IMG/VR virus record: IMGVR_UViG_3300011008_000038
Span: 1 to 64,000 of that record
Source of the DNA: a virus
Taxonomy: Duplodnaviria > Caudoviricetes
Length of the DNA stretch: 64,000 nt
Strand: one strand, 5' to 3'
Part shown: one piece after another, positions 51,668-61,561 of the stretch
Layout: every line of letters starts with the position of its first letter
Numbering within the stretch: position 1 is the stretch's first letter
The notes under the pieces: model-generated
Database searches by the model: none
Told to the model about the DNA's origin: nothing
The model's input: the letters and a program-made list of their open reading frames with translations, nothing else
Position numbers and translations under genes: made by a program

Positions 51668-52837
51668 ATGAAAAAATCGACAGTCGTTTTAGGTCTAGGA
51701 AATTGTGGAAATCAGGTTGCGTCATTAGCAGTTAAAAAATATCCAGAATTGTTTGATGCAATTTGTATTAATTCCTCACAAGCAGATTTATCAATGATTC
51801 AAAAATGCGCAGATATGTTAACATTCAAAATTGGGGACGATGAAGAAGTTGAAGGATCTGCAAAAAATCGTACAAGAATGAAAGAATATTTAAAAGCAGA
51901 TATTATGAAAATTCTTGGAAATACAGATTTTCAGGAAATGGTATCAAGTAAGAAATATTGTTATGTTGTATCATCAGCAGGTGGTGGAACTGGTTCAGCA
52001 TCAGCTCCAATATTAATGGAAATTTTAAGAACATTTTTCCCTGATACCAACTTTATTTTAGTTGGAGTTCTTCCTGCAATGAGTTCATCAATTTGTGAAC
52101 ATGGTAATGCTGAAGAATATCTTAGAGAAGTTTACAATACTCTTGGATCTGAAACAACATATATGATCTATGATAATGATTCAACTTCAAATCTTCCTCC
52201 AGTAAAAGGTCTTGAAGTTATTAATGAAAATATTGTTGAAGATCTTAGAGTACTCACTGGAATTGATAATTATCCTGCACAGTTTGATTCTATTGATAGT
52301 GCTGATTTGGAATCAATAATTACAACACCCGGACGTTTAGTTGTTGCAAGAATTGTTAAAGGTCTTACCGAAAAGAATCTCGAAGATACTTTACTTGATG
52401 ATATTGTGATAAATGCATTTAAGAAATCATCACATGCAGAAACTGATAGAAACAAAGCAATCACAAGAATGGGTGTGATTACATATTTTACTCCCGCTGT
52501 AAATAATTTATATACAACTAATTTTGAAAAAGTATATGAATTTATCGGTACACCAATTGAACGATTTAATCATAATGCTGTAAATGATAAAAATGAATCA
52601 ATGAATTTCATGTATATTCTTGCATCTGGATTATCTCCTACGAATGATAGGGCAAGAAAGATTAAAGAAAAAATTGAAGAGTTAAAGAATTCATTAGCAT
52701 CAGATGAATCAAGTAAATATATTTATGCAGATGAAAATGTTTCATATGACGTTGCTTCTATAAGAAAGAAACAGATGAAGAAAGAGAAGCAAGTTAGTCA
52801 GTTTAATCCAATGGATATTTTCAAAAAGTTTGAATAG
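51668..52837 (+). CDS. phuZ: Tubulin/FtsZ-family GTPase (PhuZ/TubZ-like)
   Basis: LGLGNCGNQV (T1), INSSQAD, SAGGGTGSAS (T4), YDND, SIDSADL (T7); AGGAGG SD. Confidence 0.88.
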   Translation: MKKSTVVLGLGNCGNQVASLAVKKYPELFDAICINSSQADLSMIQKCADMLTFKIGDDEEVEGSAKNRTRMKEYLKADIMKILGNTDFQEMVSSKKYCYVVSSAGGGTGSASAPILMEILRTFFPDTNFILVGVLPAMSSSICEHGNAEEYLREVYNTLGSETTYMIYDNDSTSNLPPVKGLEVINENIVEDLRVLTGIDNYPAQFDSIDSADLESIITTPGRLVVARIVKGLTEKNLEDTLLDDIVINAFKKSSHAETDRNKAITRMGVITYFTPAVNNLYTTNFEKVYEFIGTPIERFNHNAVNDKNESMNFMYILASGLSPTNDRARKIKEKIEELKNSLASDESSKYIYADENVSYDVASIRKKQMKKEKQVSQFNPMDIFKKFE

Positions 52838-52857
52838 CTTTTAATTATATATTATTA

Positions 52858-52896
52858 ATTTATATCAGATACTTATTATAAGTATCTGATATAAAT
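52858..52896. terminator. 19-bp-arm palindrome
   Basis: ATTTATATCAGATACTTAT-T-ATAAGTATCTGATATAAAT. Confidence 0.6.
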
Positions 52897-52927
52897 ATTT
52901 ATTTTCAATGGAGGAAATTTTATTAAT

Positions 52928-54679
52928 ATGAATAAAACAGTTGAGAAGATTTTGAATGATCGTTTGAATAATGGTATCATAGGACCATTAACAAGATTAA
53001 TTGATGAAAATATTTCTGATATTGTAACTACGTTTGGAAGATATTTTATTAGAACTATTAGAGGAAAATTACAACGAGGAATTACAATTAATATTGGCGA
53101 GTCTTATTCAGATTGGTGGTTTGAAACAGCTTTATATTCCATATTCAATAAATATAATGATATTAAAAAATGTACTAGAGTTGAATTGGGTATTCTTGAG
53201 AACGGATATGAGAGTGAGAAAAAACCAACATATCTTTTAGAAGCTGGGCAGGCTCATAATTTAAAATATAGAAATTGGAATATTTTAGTAGTGGTTATAG
53301 CATCTAAAAATCTTATAAATTCCACTGGAAAATATAGAACAACTAGAAGTTATACAATAATAACTTCTGATACAAGTCCAAAGTTTATTAAGACTTTTGA
53401 AGAAGATATGCTTCGTGAAAGAGATAAACTTTTGAAGATTGATAAAAATAGTCCATATATAAATGTATATGCTGATTCTCATGAATATGATGGTTCTACA
53501 TATTGGTATCAGATGAGTAAACTTAATAAAAGAAAATTAGGTACTGTATATATTCCGAATGAACAAAAAAGAATATTGATAGATACTTTAAATAATTTCT
53601 TTGCTGGTAAAAAATATTACCAAGAACACGGAATACCACATAATTTAAAGATATTACTTTATGGCCCTCCTGGTCCTCAGCCTGTTGATACAATAATTCC
53701 AACTCCAAATGGTAATGTAAAATTAGATGATCTTAGACCAGGTGATGAAGTCTATTCGATTACAGGTGATAGTACAATAATAGAAGAAATTTATGAATAT
53801 GATGATCTCGATGTTTATAAGATAACATTTTCAGATGGAAGAATTTCGTATTGTGGGGAAGATCATAAATGGCCAATTAGTACATCCGAAGGCAATATTA
53901 ATAGAAAAAGTATTTGTGAAATGATTGATGAAGGAATATTAGATTTAAATAGAAATTACAAATTTAGTATACCTTCAGGTCCACAAAATTCTAATGCTGA
54001 AAAATTAGATTCTAACAGAACTATTCAGATTGTAAATATTGAAAAATGTAATTATACAAGTAGAATGAAATGTTTACATATTGAACATCCTTCTCATATT
54101 TATTTAACTAATGATTTCATTCCAACATGTAATTCTGGAAAAGATAGTTTAGTTAAGGCTATTGCATCTGAATGGAATAGAAATATTTATTACATAACTG
54201 GAGGTAAAGGTGGAAAATATATTCCAAATGCATTAACAGATACAGCTCTATTAATTAATCCATTACTATTAATATCTGATATTGATAAATATCCATTCTT
54301 AACAAATGAAGCAACTATTAATTTAGCAGATAAAGATGATTATAAAGAAGAGCAATTACAATATAAACAATTGTTTGGTAATATGATTAATGCATTAGAT
54401 GGAATACTTTCTGGAGAAGATAAATTAATCATAATGACAACGAATCATCCAGAAGTATTTAGTGAAACATTTTTACGAAATGGAAGAGTTGATTTATCAA
54501 TGCATATTGATTATATGACTCCAGAAACATTTAGGAGATATGCATATGATTTCTATGGAGTAGAACTTCCAGAAAATATTGAATTGAAAGAAAATAATTT
54601 GAGCGTTGCAAAATTAAATGCTGATGTTATTTTCTTAAAAATGTCAAAAGAAGATTTTATAAAAAAATATGTAAAATAA
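52928..54679 (+). CDS. BCS1-like AAA+ ATPase precursor containing an intein
   Basis: ILLYGPPG[intein]SGKD, LLISDID, MINALDG, IMTTNHPE, LRNGRVD. Confidence 0.85.
   Translation: MNKTVEKILNDRLNNGIIGPLTRLIDENISDIVTTFGRYFIRTIRGKLQRGITINIGESYSDWWFETALYSIFNKYNDIKKCTRVELGILENGYESEKKPTYLLEAGQAHNLKYRNWNILVVVIASKNLINSTGKYRTTRSYTIITSDTSPKFIKTFEEDMLRERDKLLKIDKNSPYINVYADSHEYDGSTYWYQMSKLNKRKLGTVYIPNEQKRILIDTLNNFFAGKKYYQEHGIPHNLKILLYGPPGPQPVDTIIPTPNGNVKLDDLRPGDEVYSITGDSTIIEEIYEYDDLDVYKITFSDGRISYCGEDHKWPISTSEGNINRKSICEMIDEGILDLNRNYKFSIPSGPQNSNAEKLDSNRTIQIVNIEKCNYTSRMKCLHIEHPSHIYLTNDFIPTCNSGKDSLVKAIASEWNRNIYYITGGKGGKYIPNALTDTALLINPLLLISDIDKYPFLTNEATINLADKDDYKEEQLQYKQLFGNMINALDGILSGEDKLIIMTTNHPEVFSETFLRNGRVDLSMHIDYMTPETFRRYAYDFYGVELPENIELKENNLSVAKLNADVIFLKMSKEDFIKKYVK
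53675..54133 (+). mobile_element. 153-aa class-3-type mini-intein (Pro1, W-C-T signature, ends Cys-Asn) in the Walker A loop
   Basis: PQPVDTIIPTPNG start; block B CGEDHKW; block F MKCL; block G FIPTCN followed by Ser+1; no endonuclease domain. Confidence 0.88.
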
Positions 54680-54687
54680 TTAATTAT

Positions 54688-54724
54688 AATATTAGAAGAC
54701 AAGATCATCTTGTCTTCTAATATT
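54688..54724. terminator. 18-bp-arm palindrome followed by T-tract
   Basis: AATATTAGAAGACAAGAT-C-ATCTTGTCTTCTAATATT. Confidence 0.7.
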
Positions 54725-54806
54725 TTTTTATTTTATTTTTTTATATGATATAAAAAAATAAAATGAATTTGTAGAAGGGTTGTCTAATTTAGACAACCCT
54801 TAATTG

Positions 54807-55202
54807 TTATTCCACATCCCAAAGTTTTTCTTTAATTTTGGGAATTGAAATTGTGAAACTACAAATTGTTGTTATTAAAAACAATAAACTTATTCCAAGA
54901 AATATTATTGCGAAAGGCATATACAACAAATATTGTTGTATTGTTAAATTTATTGAGAAAAGCATTTTCAATACAAAATATAATGCTTCAGTGGTACCCA
55001 ATGTACCACCAAGAAATATTGCAAGACCGATGATAAAATCAATTGATTTTGTCATCGTCTTTAAGTGATAATCCGAATCACTTTTTATATATCTTACAAT
55101 ATTTGTCGGAATTAATGCGATCATTGCAATTAACGAAAAAATTACTTGCAATGTGAACTTTATAAACTTTTCCAATTTACCATCTTTCCTATCTCTTTTC
55201 AT
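54807..55202 (-). CDS. Small membrane protein (about 3 TM helices)
   Basis: Three hydrophobic stretches in 131 aa. Confidence 0.55.
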   Translation of the reverse strand: MKRDRKDGKLEKFIKFTLQVIFSLIAMIALIPTNIVRYIKSDSDYHLKTMTKSIDFIIGLAIFLGGTLGTTEALYFVLKMLFSINLTIQQYLLYMPFAIIFLGISLLFLITTICSFTISIPKIKEKLWDVE

Positions 55203-55308
55203 TGGAAAAACCCCTTTTCAAAAAGATGTAGATTAACATATAATCTACTCAAATTTAAAATATATGATTATAAAGTTTACATATGCGATTATAAAGGAGA
55301 TGGACTTT

Positions 55309-56529
55309 ATGGCAATTATATTTAATGAAAAGAATGGTATAGAAGGTAATATTTTCAAATTTGAAAATAGATTACATACTAGAATGAATAAATATATTGA
55401 AAATGGAGCTCTCTTAGTTAAATATTTTTCAATAAATCAAAATTCATCCACAGTGGATAGAGGACTTCAAAGTATAGATGCATTGTTTGGATCACAAGCT
55501 CCATTGAGATATAACATTATTAATGATTTTCCATTGTTTGGATTTGGACAAACTAATCCAGAAAATGATTCAGAAAATAATATGGAAGATATTATTAATA
55601 ATGGAACATGTTTAATCATTCCATCAACTATTGTACCACAACCAAATGATTTCTTTATTATCAATCATTTAAAACAAGATGCTTTATTTAAAGTAACAGG
55701 GGTAACTTATGACTCTATGAAACAAGATGGATTCTATAAAATAGAATATGTTCTTCAAAGTACAAGTAAGGAAACAATTAATATGTTAATGCAACAAGTA
55801 GTTGATAATTATCATACTGAATTGTCAGCTATTGGAACTAGTGATATGAATCCAATTATAAAAGAAGATGATTTTATATATAGAAATAAAATTCTTCAAA
55901 TGATGAATCAAATGATGATGTCATATAGAGCATTATTTTATAATGATCGACATAATTGTTTTTTATATCATGATCCTAAATCAGGATTGGATTGGTTTGA
56001 TGTTTGTGGGAGTGAATTTATTGCAAAGCATGGATTAATGAATCCGCAGAATAGTATGCGAGTTATTGTATTAAATGATAAATTAAAAGATCCACAGTTT
56101 CCATATTATTATAATCATTCAATTTACAAATGGTTGGAATTGGATGCTCCCGATAGATTTCTTAGTAATTTCTTCTTTAGATTAAAAGCTGCATCATTTT
56201 ATAAATATTCGTCATTTGTATCATGGGAAGATAATAACATTCAAATTATAATTCCATTGTCTAAAGAAGAGCAAGGAATTAATAATACGAGAGAATATTC
56301 ATTTTTTGATAATGATCAACTTAATTCATTTTTGAACAGAAAGATTATGCCAGATGCATCAGAATATGATTTATTAATATGGAAATATATCAATAAAGAA
56401 AAATTATCATTGAATGATATTTCATTATATTTATCAGATTCTTTATTAAATTCGAATAAGTGCTTTGATGTATTTTTTTATACTCCGATTGTTATTTATA
56501 TAATTAAAAAGATAATACGAATGAATTAG
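55309..56529 (+). CDS. Putative virion protein (N-terminal head-closure-like beta-barrel?)
   Basis: AAGGAG SD; PQPNDFFII...LFKVTGV...FYKIEY resembles head-completion proteins. Function is tentative. Confidence 0.6.
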   Translation: MAIIFNEKNGIEGNIFKFENRLHTRMNKYIENGALLVKYFSINQNSSTVDRGLQSIDALFGSQAPLRYNIINDFPLFGFGQTNPENDSENNMEDIINNGTCLIIPSTIVPQPNDFFIINHLKQDALFKVTGVTYDSMKQDGFYKIEYVLQSTSKETINMLMQQVVDNYHTELSAIGTSDMNPIIKEDDFIYRNKILQMMNQMMMSYRALFYNDRHNCFLYHDPKSGLDWFDVCGSEFIAKHGLMNPQNSMRVIVLNDKLKDPQFPYYYNHSIYKWLELDAPDRFLSNFFFRLKAASFYKYSSFVSWEDNNIQIIIPLSKEEQGINNTREYSFFDNDQLNSFLNRKIMPDASEYDLLIWKYINKEKLSLNDISLYLSDSLLNSNKCFDVFFYTPIVIYIIKKIIRMN

Positions 56530-56593
56530 AAAAAACCATGGTTATAATATATTCATTTGAATCTTTATAATAGTGAAAGGAGATATTAATAAA

Positions 56594-58030
56594 ATGAGTC
56601 ATATAAATGCATTAGTAAATATTAATGGTATGCCATATTTACTTGGTGAATATCTTGATGATAGATGTTGGCAACAATTAAATGAGTATGATGTAGTAAA
56701 TGATATTACAGTTGACACATCAGAAGCTATGCGGGCCATTATTGATATTTCATTAAAAGATATTCCAACTAATCAAGATGGATCAATGTATTTAATTGGT
56801 AATTCTGCATTAGCTAATATTTTATATGGTAAAATTAATAAATACTATAATAATTATTGTGGAAAATTAGATACTATTAGAAATACTTTAAAAATTAAGG
56901 TTAATTATCAATTAGAGAATGCTCATACTGGACAAATTATTAGATCAACGGTAGAAGAATTTAGATTAAACCAAAGAAATTATTTTGTAAAAATTAATGT
57001 TGAGAATACTAATGATAATCCTATTCTTTCTAATTTTAGTAATACTATTGTATCATCCATTACTCAATTTACACATGGTAGAGAAAGAATGCTACTGAGA
57101 ATTACTAATATTCAATTATGCTATGAATGTGTGAAACCAAAACCTTATGGATTAAGAGCAGGAGAAATGATGAGATTTTCTAGATCTTTAGAATTTCCAA
57201 TTTTAGATGGTACTGAAGATTCTATTTATGAGTATCACAGAAGAATGCAAAATTCACAATTATTTCCTGATGATGGATTACATAGAGAAGGTCCAGATAT
57301 AGTTGATTTTAATCCTCCTAGATGGGCAAATACAACAGCTTTTTATCATTTTGAAAATCGATATAATTCTCTCATATTACATGAAAATGAAATATATGAC
57401 AGAAAGATTAGAGTTGTGGAAATTCCATGTGGAACGATTAATGTTAATAGATCATTCTATATTAATCCTGGTCATCAGTTAATTTTTAAATTTTCCATTT
57501 GGAAAAATGATATTGCAATTATTAATGAACCTGCTAAATTAGCAAAGGCATTACATATTTACAATAATGAATACACTCATGATTATCCATGTGATCATGA
57601 ACACAATTCTCATTCTCATCATCATGATCAATCATCAGATTTATTATATAGAATGCTTGATGATCGTCGTGATATGGATAATAAGCAAAATGATGCTATA
57701 AATAAACTAAATAACATCATAGTAAATAATATTTATCCCGTATTGAAAAAATTAAATGATGAAGTCAGCGATGATAATTTACCAAATATTGAAACTCTTC
57801 CTGTTAATGAAAATGATAATAATGATCATGATGATCAACATAATCATCATTCACCACATCATCACAATAAAAAACGAATTATGGAATTATTTAATACTGT
57901 AAAATCAATATTAATAGAGATTGAGCAGTTGAAAAATAAAGATGGTACAACATATCAAGAAATTGATGATGAAACACTACAGGAAATAATAGATAATGCA
58001 GTAGATTCAACAAAACCTGATGATATTTAA
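56594..58030 (+). CDS. Hypothetical protein with His-rich tracts
   Basis: HDYPCDHEHNSHSHHHD and DHDDQHNHHSPHHHNKK; C-terminal EIDDETLQEII helix. Confidence 0.75.
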   Translation: MSHINALVNINGMPYLLGEYLDDRCWQQLNEYDVVNDITVDTSEAMRAIIDISLKDIPTNQDGSMYLIGNSALANILYGKINKYYNNYCGKLDTIRNTLKIKVNYQLENAHTGQIIRSTVEEFRLNQRNYFVKINVENTNDNPILSNFSNTIVSSITQFTHGRERMLLRITNIQLCYECVKPKPYGLRAGEMMRFSRSLEFPILDGTEDSIYEYHRRMQNSQLFPDDGLHREGPDIVDFNPPRWANTTAFYHFENRYNSLILHENEIYDRKIRVVEIPCGTINVNRSFYINPGHQLIFKFSIWKNDIAIINEPAKLAKALHIYNNEYTHDYPCDHEHNSHSHHHDQSSDLLYRMLDDRRDMDNKQNDAINKLNNIIVNNIYPVLKKLNDEVSDDNLPNIETLPVNENDNNDHDDQHNHHSPHHHNKKRIMELFNTVKSILIEIEQLKNKDGTTYQEIDDETLQEIIDNAVDSTKPDDI

Positions 58031-58085
58031 TCATTAATTTTTTCATATATTGGATTTAAAACATTTATATAGGAAGGTGACTAAA

Positions 58086-58556
58086 ATGCCAGATGTAGAA
58101 GCACCAGTTTATGTATTAACTGAACAAAAACTTCAAAGTTTAGTTACATCAATCATGAGAAATGTTAATATTCGTATTAACGATTATATTGATACAGCTC
58201 CAATTTCTTCAACGTCTCGTGCTGACAAACTTGCTTCACCACAAGCAGTTTATAATGCATTACAAACAGTTGATTCAGTAATTCCTGTTGTTAATAATAA
58301 TAAACTTGCTGTTGGTGTAGCATTAATTCCTAATCCAAGTGATAAGGTTCTTTACATTGTTCTTGATTCAGCAGATGCAATTGATGGAACTCCGTATATT
58401 TTTATTCCTGATGAATCAAATGATGATGGTGGCAAATTTGTAAAAGTATGCCCAGCAAGTACAGAAGCACCAATAGAACATCAAGAATTTACTGATGCAC
58501 AGATAAATGCAATCGTTGAAGCAGCAGTTACTGCAACAGTACCTGTATTTGAATAA
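58086..58556 (+). CDS. Fibre/decoration-like paralogue 1
   Basis: VLTEQKLQSL, LASPQAVYNAL, PSDKVLYIV, EFTDAQINAIV; GGAAGGTG SD. Confidence 0.65.
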   Translation: MPDVEAPVYVLTEQKLQSLVTSIMRNVNIRINDYIDTAPISSTSRADKLASPQAVYNALQTVDSVIPVVNNNKLAVGVALIPNPSDKVLYIVLDSADAIDGTPYIFIPDESNDDGGKFVKVCPASTEAPIEHQEFTDAQINAIVEAAVTATVPVFE

Positions 58557-58647
58557 TAATACAAAAATCAAAATTACATTATATTAAAATATATTAATTT
58601 AAATATATTAATTTTTTATTATAATCATTGGAAAGGATGATTGAATT

Positions 58648-59409
58648 ATGAGCGTATATAATTATATGACAGCTGTAACTCTTCAGAGTTTTGCAGAAGC
58701 ATTACTTACCGGAATCAATAGTCGTATTGAAAATGATTATATGGTTCAGAGCCTTGGTGCAAATCCTGATTTTGCTACAGTAACTACTGATGCATATAGA
58801 GTTCCTTCAGTTGCTGCAGTTAAAACAGCTCTTCGCGCGGTTGCTGGTGCACACCTTAAGATTGAAACTCTTGAAGGTCAGTTTGGTGCTGGCAAAACAT
58901 ATGAAACATTAGCAGCATTAGTTCAGGCTACTACCGGTGCAGCTCCTCGTACAGATACGATCTATCTCCAGAAAGATGGTCCTTCTGATACAACCTGGAC
59001 AATGTATATCTATACGGTTCCTGAAGTTGGAGATCCTGCATGGATTGATATTGGAAACACTGATCTTTCATTTGCCGAGATTGAATCACGTCTTGATGCT
59101 CTTGAAGCTACAGTTGGTGATGCTACTGCTGGTCTTGTTAAGAAAGTTGCTGACATCGAGTCAGATCTTGATCCTGCAACTGCCGGTGGAACCGGTGCAA
59201 AAGTTGCAGCTAATGAAGCAGCAATTGGTTCTCTTACCTATGATGAAAATGATGCTTCAGTAGTAACCGGTGGTACAGGATTAGCAAAGAAAGTTTATGA
59301 TCTTGAACAGGGCAAAGTTAATGTTGCTGATATGCAGGCACTTGCTCTTGGTACAATCGTTGCAGATGCACTTGCAGCAACACCTATCACAACTCCAAGC
59401 GGAGACTAG
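58648..59409 (+). CDS. Fibre/decoration-like paralogue 2 with Gly/Ala coiled-coil repeats
   Basis: YMTAVTLQSF, VPSVAAVKTAL, PRTDTIYLQKD...WTMYIY...WIDIG; three G(L)xKKV/AKV repeats. Confidence 0.7.
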   Translation: MSVYNYMTAVTLQSFAEALLTGINSRIENDYMVQSLGANPDFATVTTDAYRVPSVAAVKTALRAVAGAHLKIETLEGQFGAGKTYETLAALVQATTGAAPRTDTIYLQKDGPSDTTWTMYIYTVPEVGDPAWIDIGNTDLSFAEIESRLDALEATVGDATAGLVKKVADIESDLDPATAGGTGAKVAANEAAIGSLTYDENDASVVTGGTGLAKKVYDLEQGKVNVADMQALALGTIVADALAATPITTPSGD

Positions 59410-59436
59410 TATTAATTAGACATAATTATACATAGT

Positions 59437-59475
59437 AATTACATATGAGGAATATCAAGTTCCTCATATGTAATT
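59437..59475 (+). terminator. Hairpin terminator with T-tract
   Basis: AATTACATATGAGGAA-TATCAAG-TTCCTCATATGTAATT. Confidence 0.7.
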
Positions 59476-59505
59476 TTTTAAGCAAAGGAGGGTGAGTTAT
59501 AAACT

Positions 59506-60141
59506 ATGCCTGTTCAGAAAACAATCTCATATTTAGATGAAGTTGGTGTACGAGCGCTAGCTCAACAGTTAGCAGCTGGTATGAATGAAAAAATCTATGA
59601 TTCAATTATTGATACACTAACTGATAGTGGAACAAGAGATGCCAATCATTCACTAAGTGCAGCAGCATTATATGCTTTACTCGGAGCATCGAATGCTACA
59701 GATAACTCATCACTAAATGGTAAAATAAATACATTATCTTCTAATCTTACAACATTACAACAAGCTGTAAATGGATATACACATTTACAAATTGAAATTG
59801 TTACTGGAGCTATAACTTCTGTTTCAAATCCTAGTACAGATAAATTATATCTCCAAAGAGATGATGTAAGTGATTCAACGTTCATTATGTATATTTACAG
59901 ACAGAATGTTGAAGTTGCTGTAACTGATATTCATGGTGATCCTGTCTATGAAAATGATGTATTACAGACACAAACTGTAAATCAATTCATTGCAATTGGA
60001 AAATCAGAAGTTAATATTTCAAATTATTGGAGTAAAGATGAAATTAGTGAATTGAAAGAAGCATTATCATTATATAATATTTCATTGATATCTAACCCAA
60101 ATACAACTATACCAAATAAAGTTAGCACAGCTTTTGCATAA
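59506..60141 (+). CDS. Fibre/decoration-like paralogue 3
   Basis: YLDEVGVRAL, HSLSAAALYAL, PSTDKLYLQRD...MYIY, NYWSKDEISELKEAL. Confidence 0.7.
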   Translation: MPVQKTISYLDEVGVRALAQQLAAGMNEKIYDSIIDTLTDSGTRDANHSLSAAALYALLGASNATDNSSLNGKINTLSSNLTTLQQAVNGYTHLQIEIVTGAITSVSNPSTDKLYLQRDDVSDSTFIMYIYRQNVEVAVTDIHGDPVYENDVLQTQTVNQFIAIGKSEVNISNYWSKDEISELKEALSLYNISLISNPNTTIPNKVSTAFA

Positions 60142-60158
60142 AAATAAAAAAATAATAT

Positions 60159-60199
60159 AATATAAGAAAGAGTATCATAATGATACTCTTTCTTATATT
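60159..60199. terminator. 20-bp-arm palindrome between convergent genes
   Basis: AATATAAGAAAGAGTATCAT-A-ATGATACTCTTTCTTATATT. Confidence 0.7.
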
Positions 60200-60205
60200 T
60201 AGTTT

Positions 60206-61504
60206 TTAATAATTTAATAAATCCATATCAAATTTATCATTTATATTTGTAAATGGTAAATGTTTATCTAATACAGGAATTATATATTTCTTTATTGATT
60301 CCCATATAGGTTTTTCTTTCATTTCTGTATTAAGATTCTTCCAATTAAATACAAATGATTCATCATCTTTAAATTTCATTCTATTTTTATTACCATCAAT
60401 AAGTCCATTATTCTTTCCATATAAAATCAAACTTCTAATGTTATCAAAACCTTTTTGAAAATTAAATACTAATTCAAATGAAATACCTTTGGAATTATTA
60501 CCAGATTGATTACTTGAAGATTTTATTGGTTCTACCATTACAATATGGCCATTAAAACCATCAGCATCAATTGTAAAATTATCAGATGTTTTTGCTATCA
60601 GTTTAGCAATATTCTGTGGATAAAATATCATGGTTCTTCCACCTGGAATTGATTCATCTTGTTTTAAAAAGTTTTGTTGTTTGGCTACTGGAATAAACGC
60701 ATTCATACTCATATTATTATTAATATGATTTACTAAGAATACATTAATATTTGCTTCTTTACACATTGGAAGAGTATCTTTAAAAAATCCTTTTAATGAT
60801 TTCGCATCTCTAGCTCCATCCGTATTCCCTCTTAATTCTCCTGCAGCATTCACCTCTTTAGCAACGTCACTACTATAAGTTTCATTTAAAACAGTTGTAA
60901 TAGAATCAATAATAATTACTGAAGGCTGTAATATCATAATATCTTTTCCAAATTCATCTGTATATGGCATTTTTATTAATAATTCATTTCTCATATTCAT
61001 TTTTTGTTGCCATAATTTAGCTATTGTTTTTTGTATATCATCCAAACCAATCATACCATTTTTAATTGCATAACGGTTATTTCTAAAATAATCAGATGGT
61101 AATTCTGTAATATTTTCTGCTCTACTAATATCAAATCTATTTTCACAATCAAAATGAATTAAGTTTGAATATGGATATTGTCTGATGATGTTTGCACCAA
61201 TCTGTACAGCTAGAGTTGTTTTACCACTTCCACTAAGACCAACTATAAGATTGAAAGTTCCATATGCTTGACCAATTCTTCGTTCTTGTGAAACTAATTG
61301 TCCTATTTCATCATGAATATTTGCAACGGTTCCAAAATAATAATCGAATAAAGTAAAACCTGTTTTGTGAAAAGCCATGATAGCATTTGTTTGAAACATA
61401 TGATTTTTATCATTTTCTCGTAAAGCTGCTATTAATGGATTGAATGTTTGGGATTTTAATTTTTCATCCAAGATATTATCTACTAAATTTTTATCCTTTG
61501 CCAT
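60206..61504 (-). CDS. recA: RecA/UvsX-like recombinase
   Basis: IVGLSGSGKTT, HFDCENRFD, IIIDSIT, LVNHIN, IPGGRTMIF. Confidence 0.85.
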   Translation of the reverse strand: MAKDKNLVDNILDEKLKSQTFNPLIAALRENDKNHMFQTNAIMAFHKTGFTLFDYYFGTVANIHDEIGQLVSQERRIGQAYGTFNLIVGLSGSGKTTLAVQIGANIIRQYPYSNLIHFDCENRFDISRAENITELPSDYFRNNRYAIKNGMIGLDDIQKTIAKLWQQKMNMRNELLIKMPYTDEFGKDIMILQPSVIIIDSITTVLNETYSSDVAKEVNAAGELRGNTDGARDAKSLKGFFKDTLPMCKEANINVFLVNHINNNMSMNAFIPVAKQQNFLKQDESIPGGRTMIFYPQNIAKLIAKTSDNFTIDADGFNGHIVMVEPIKSSSNQSGNNSKGISFELVFNFQKGFDNIRSLILYGKNNGLIDGNKNRMKFKDDESFVFNWKNLNTEMKEKPIWESIKKYIIPVLDKHLPFTNINDKFDMDLLNY

Positions 61505-61561
61505 AATATATGTTAAACCTCCAAAATTTATAATACAAGATTGTTTTTTGATTATACATAA

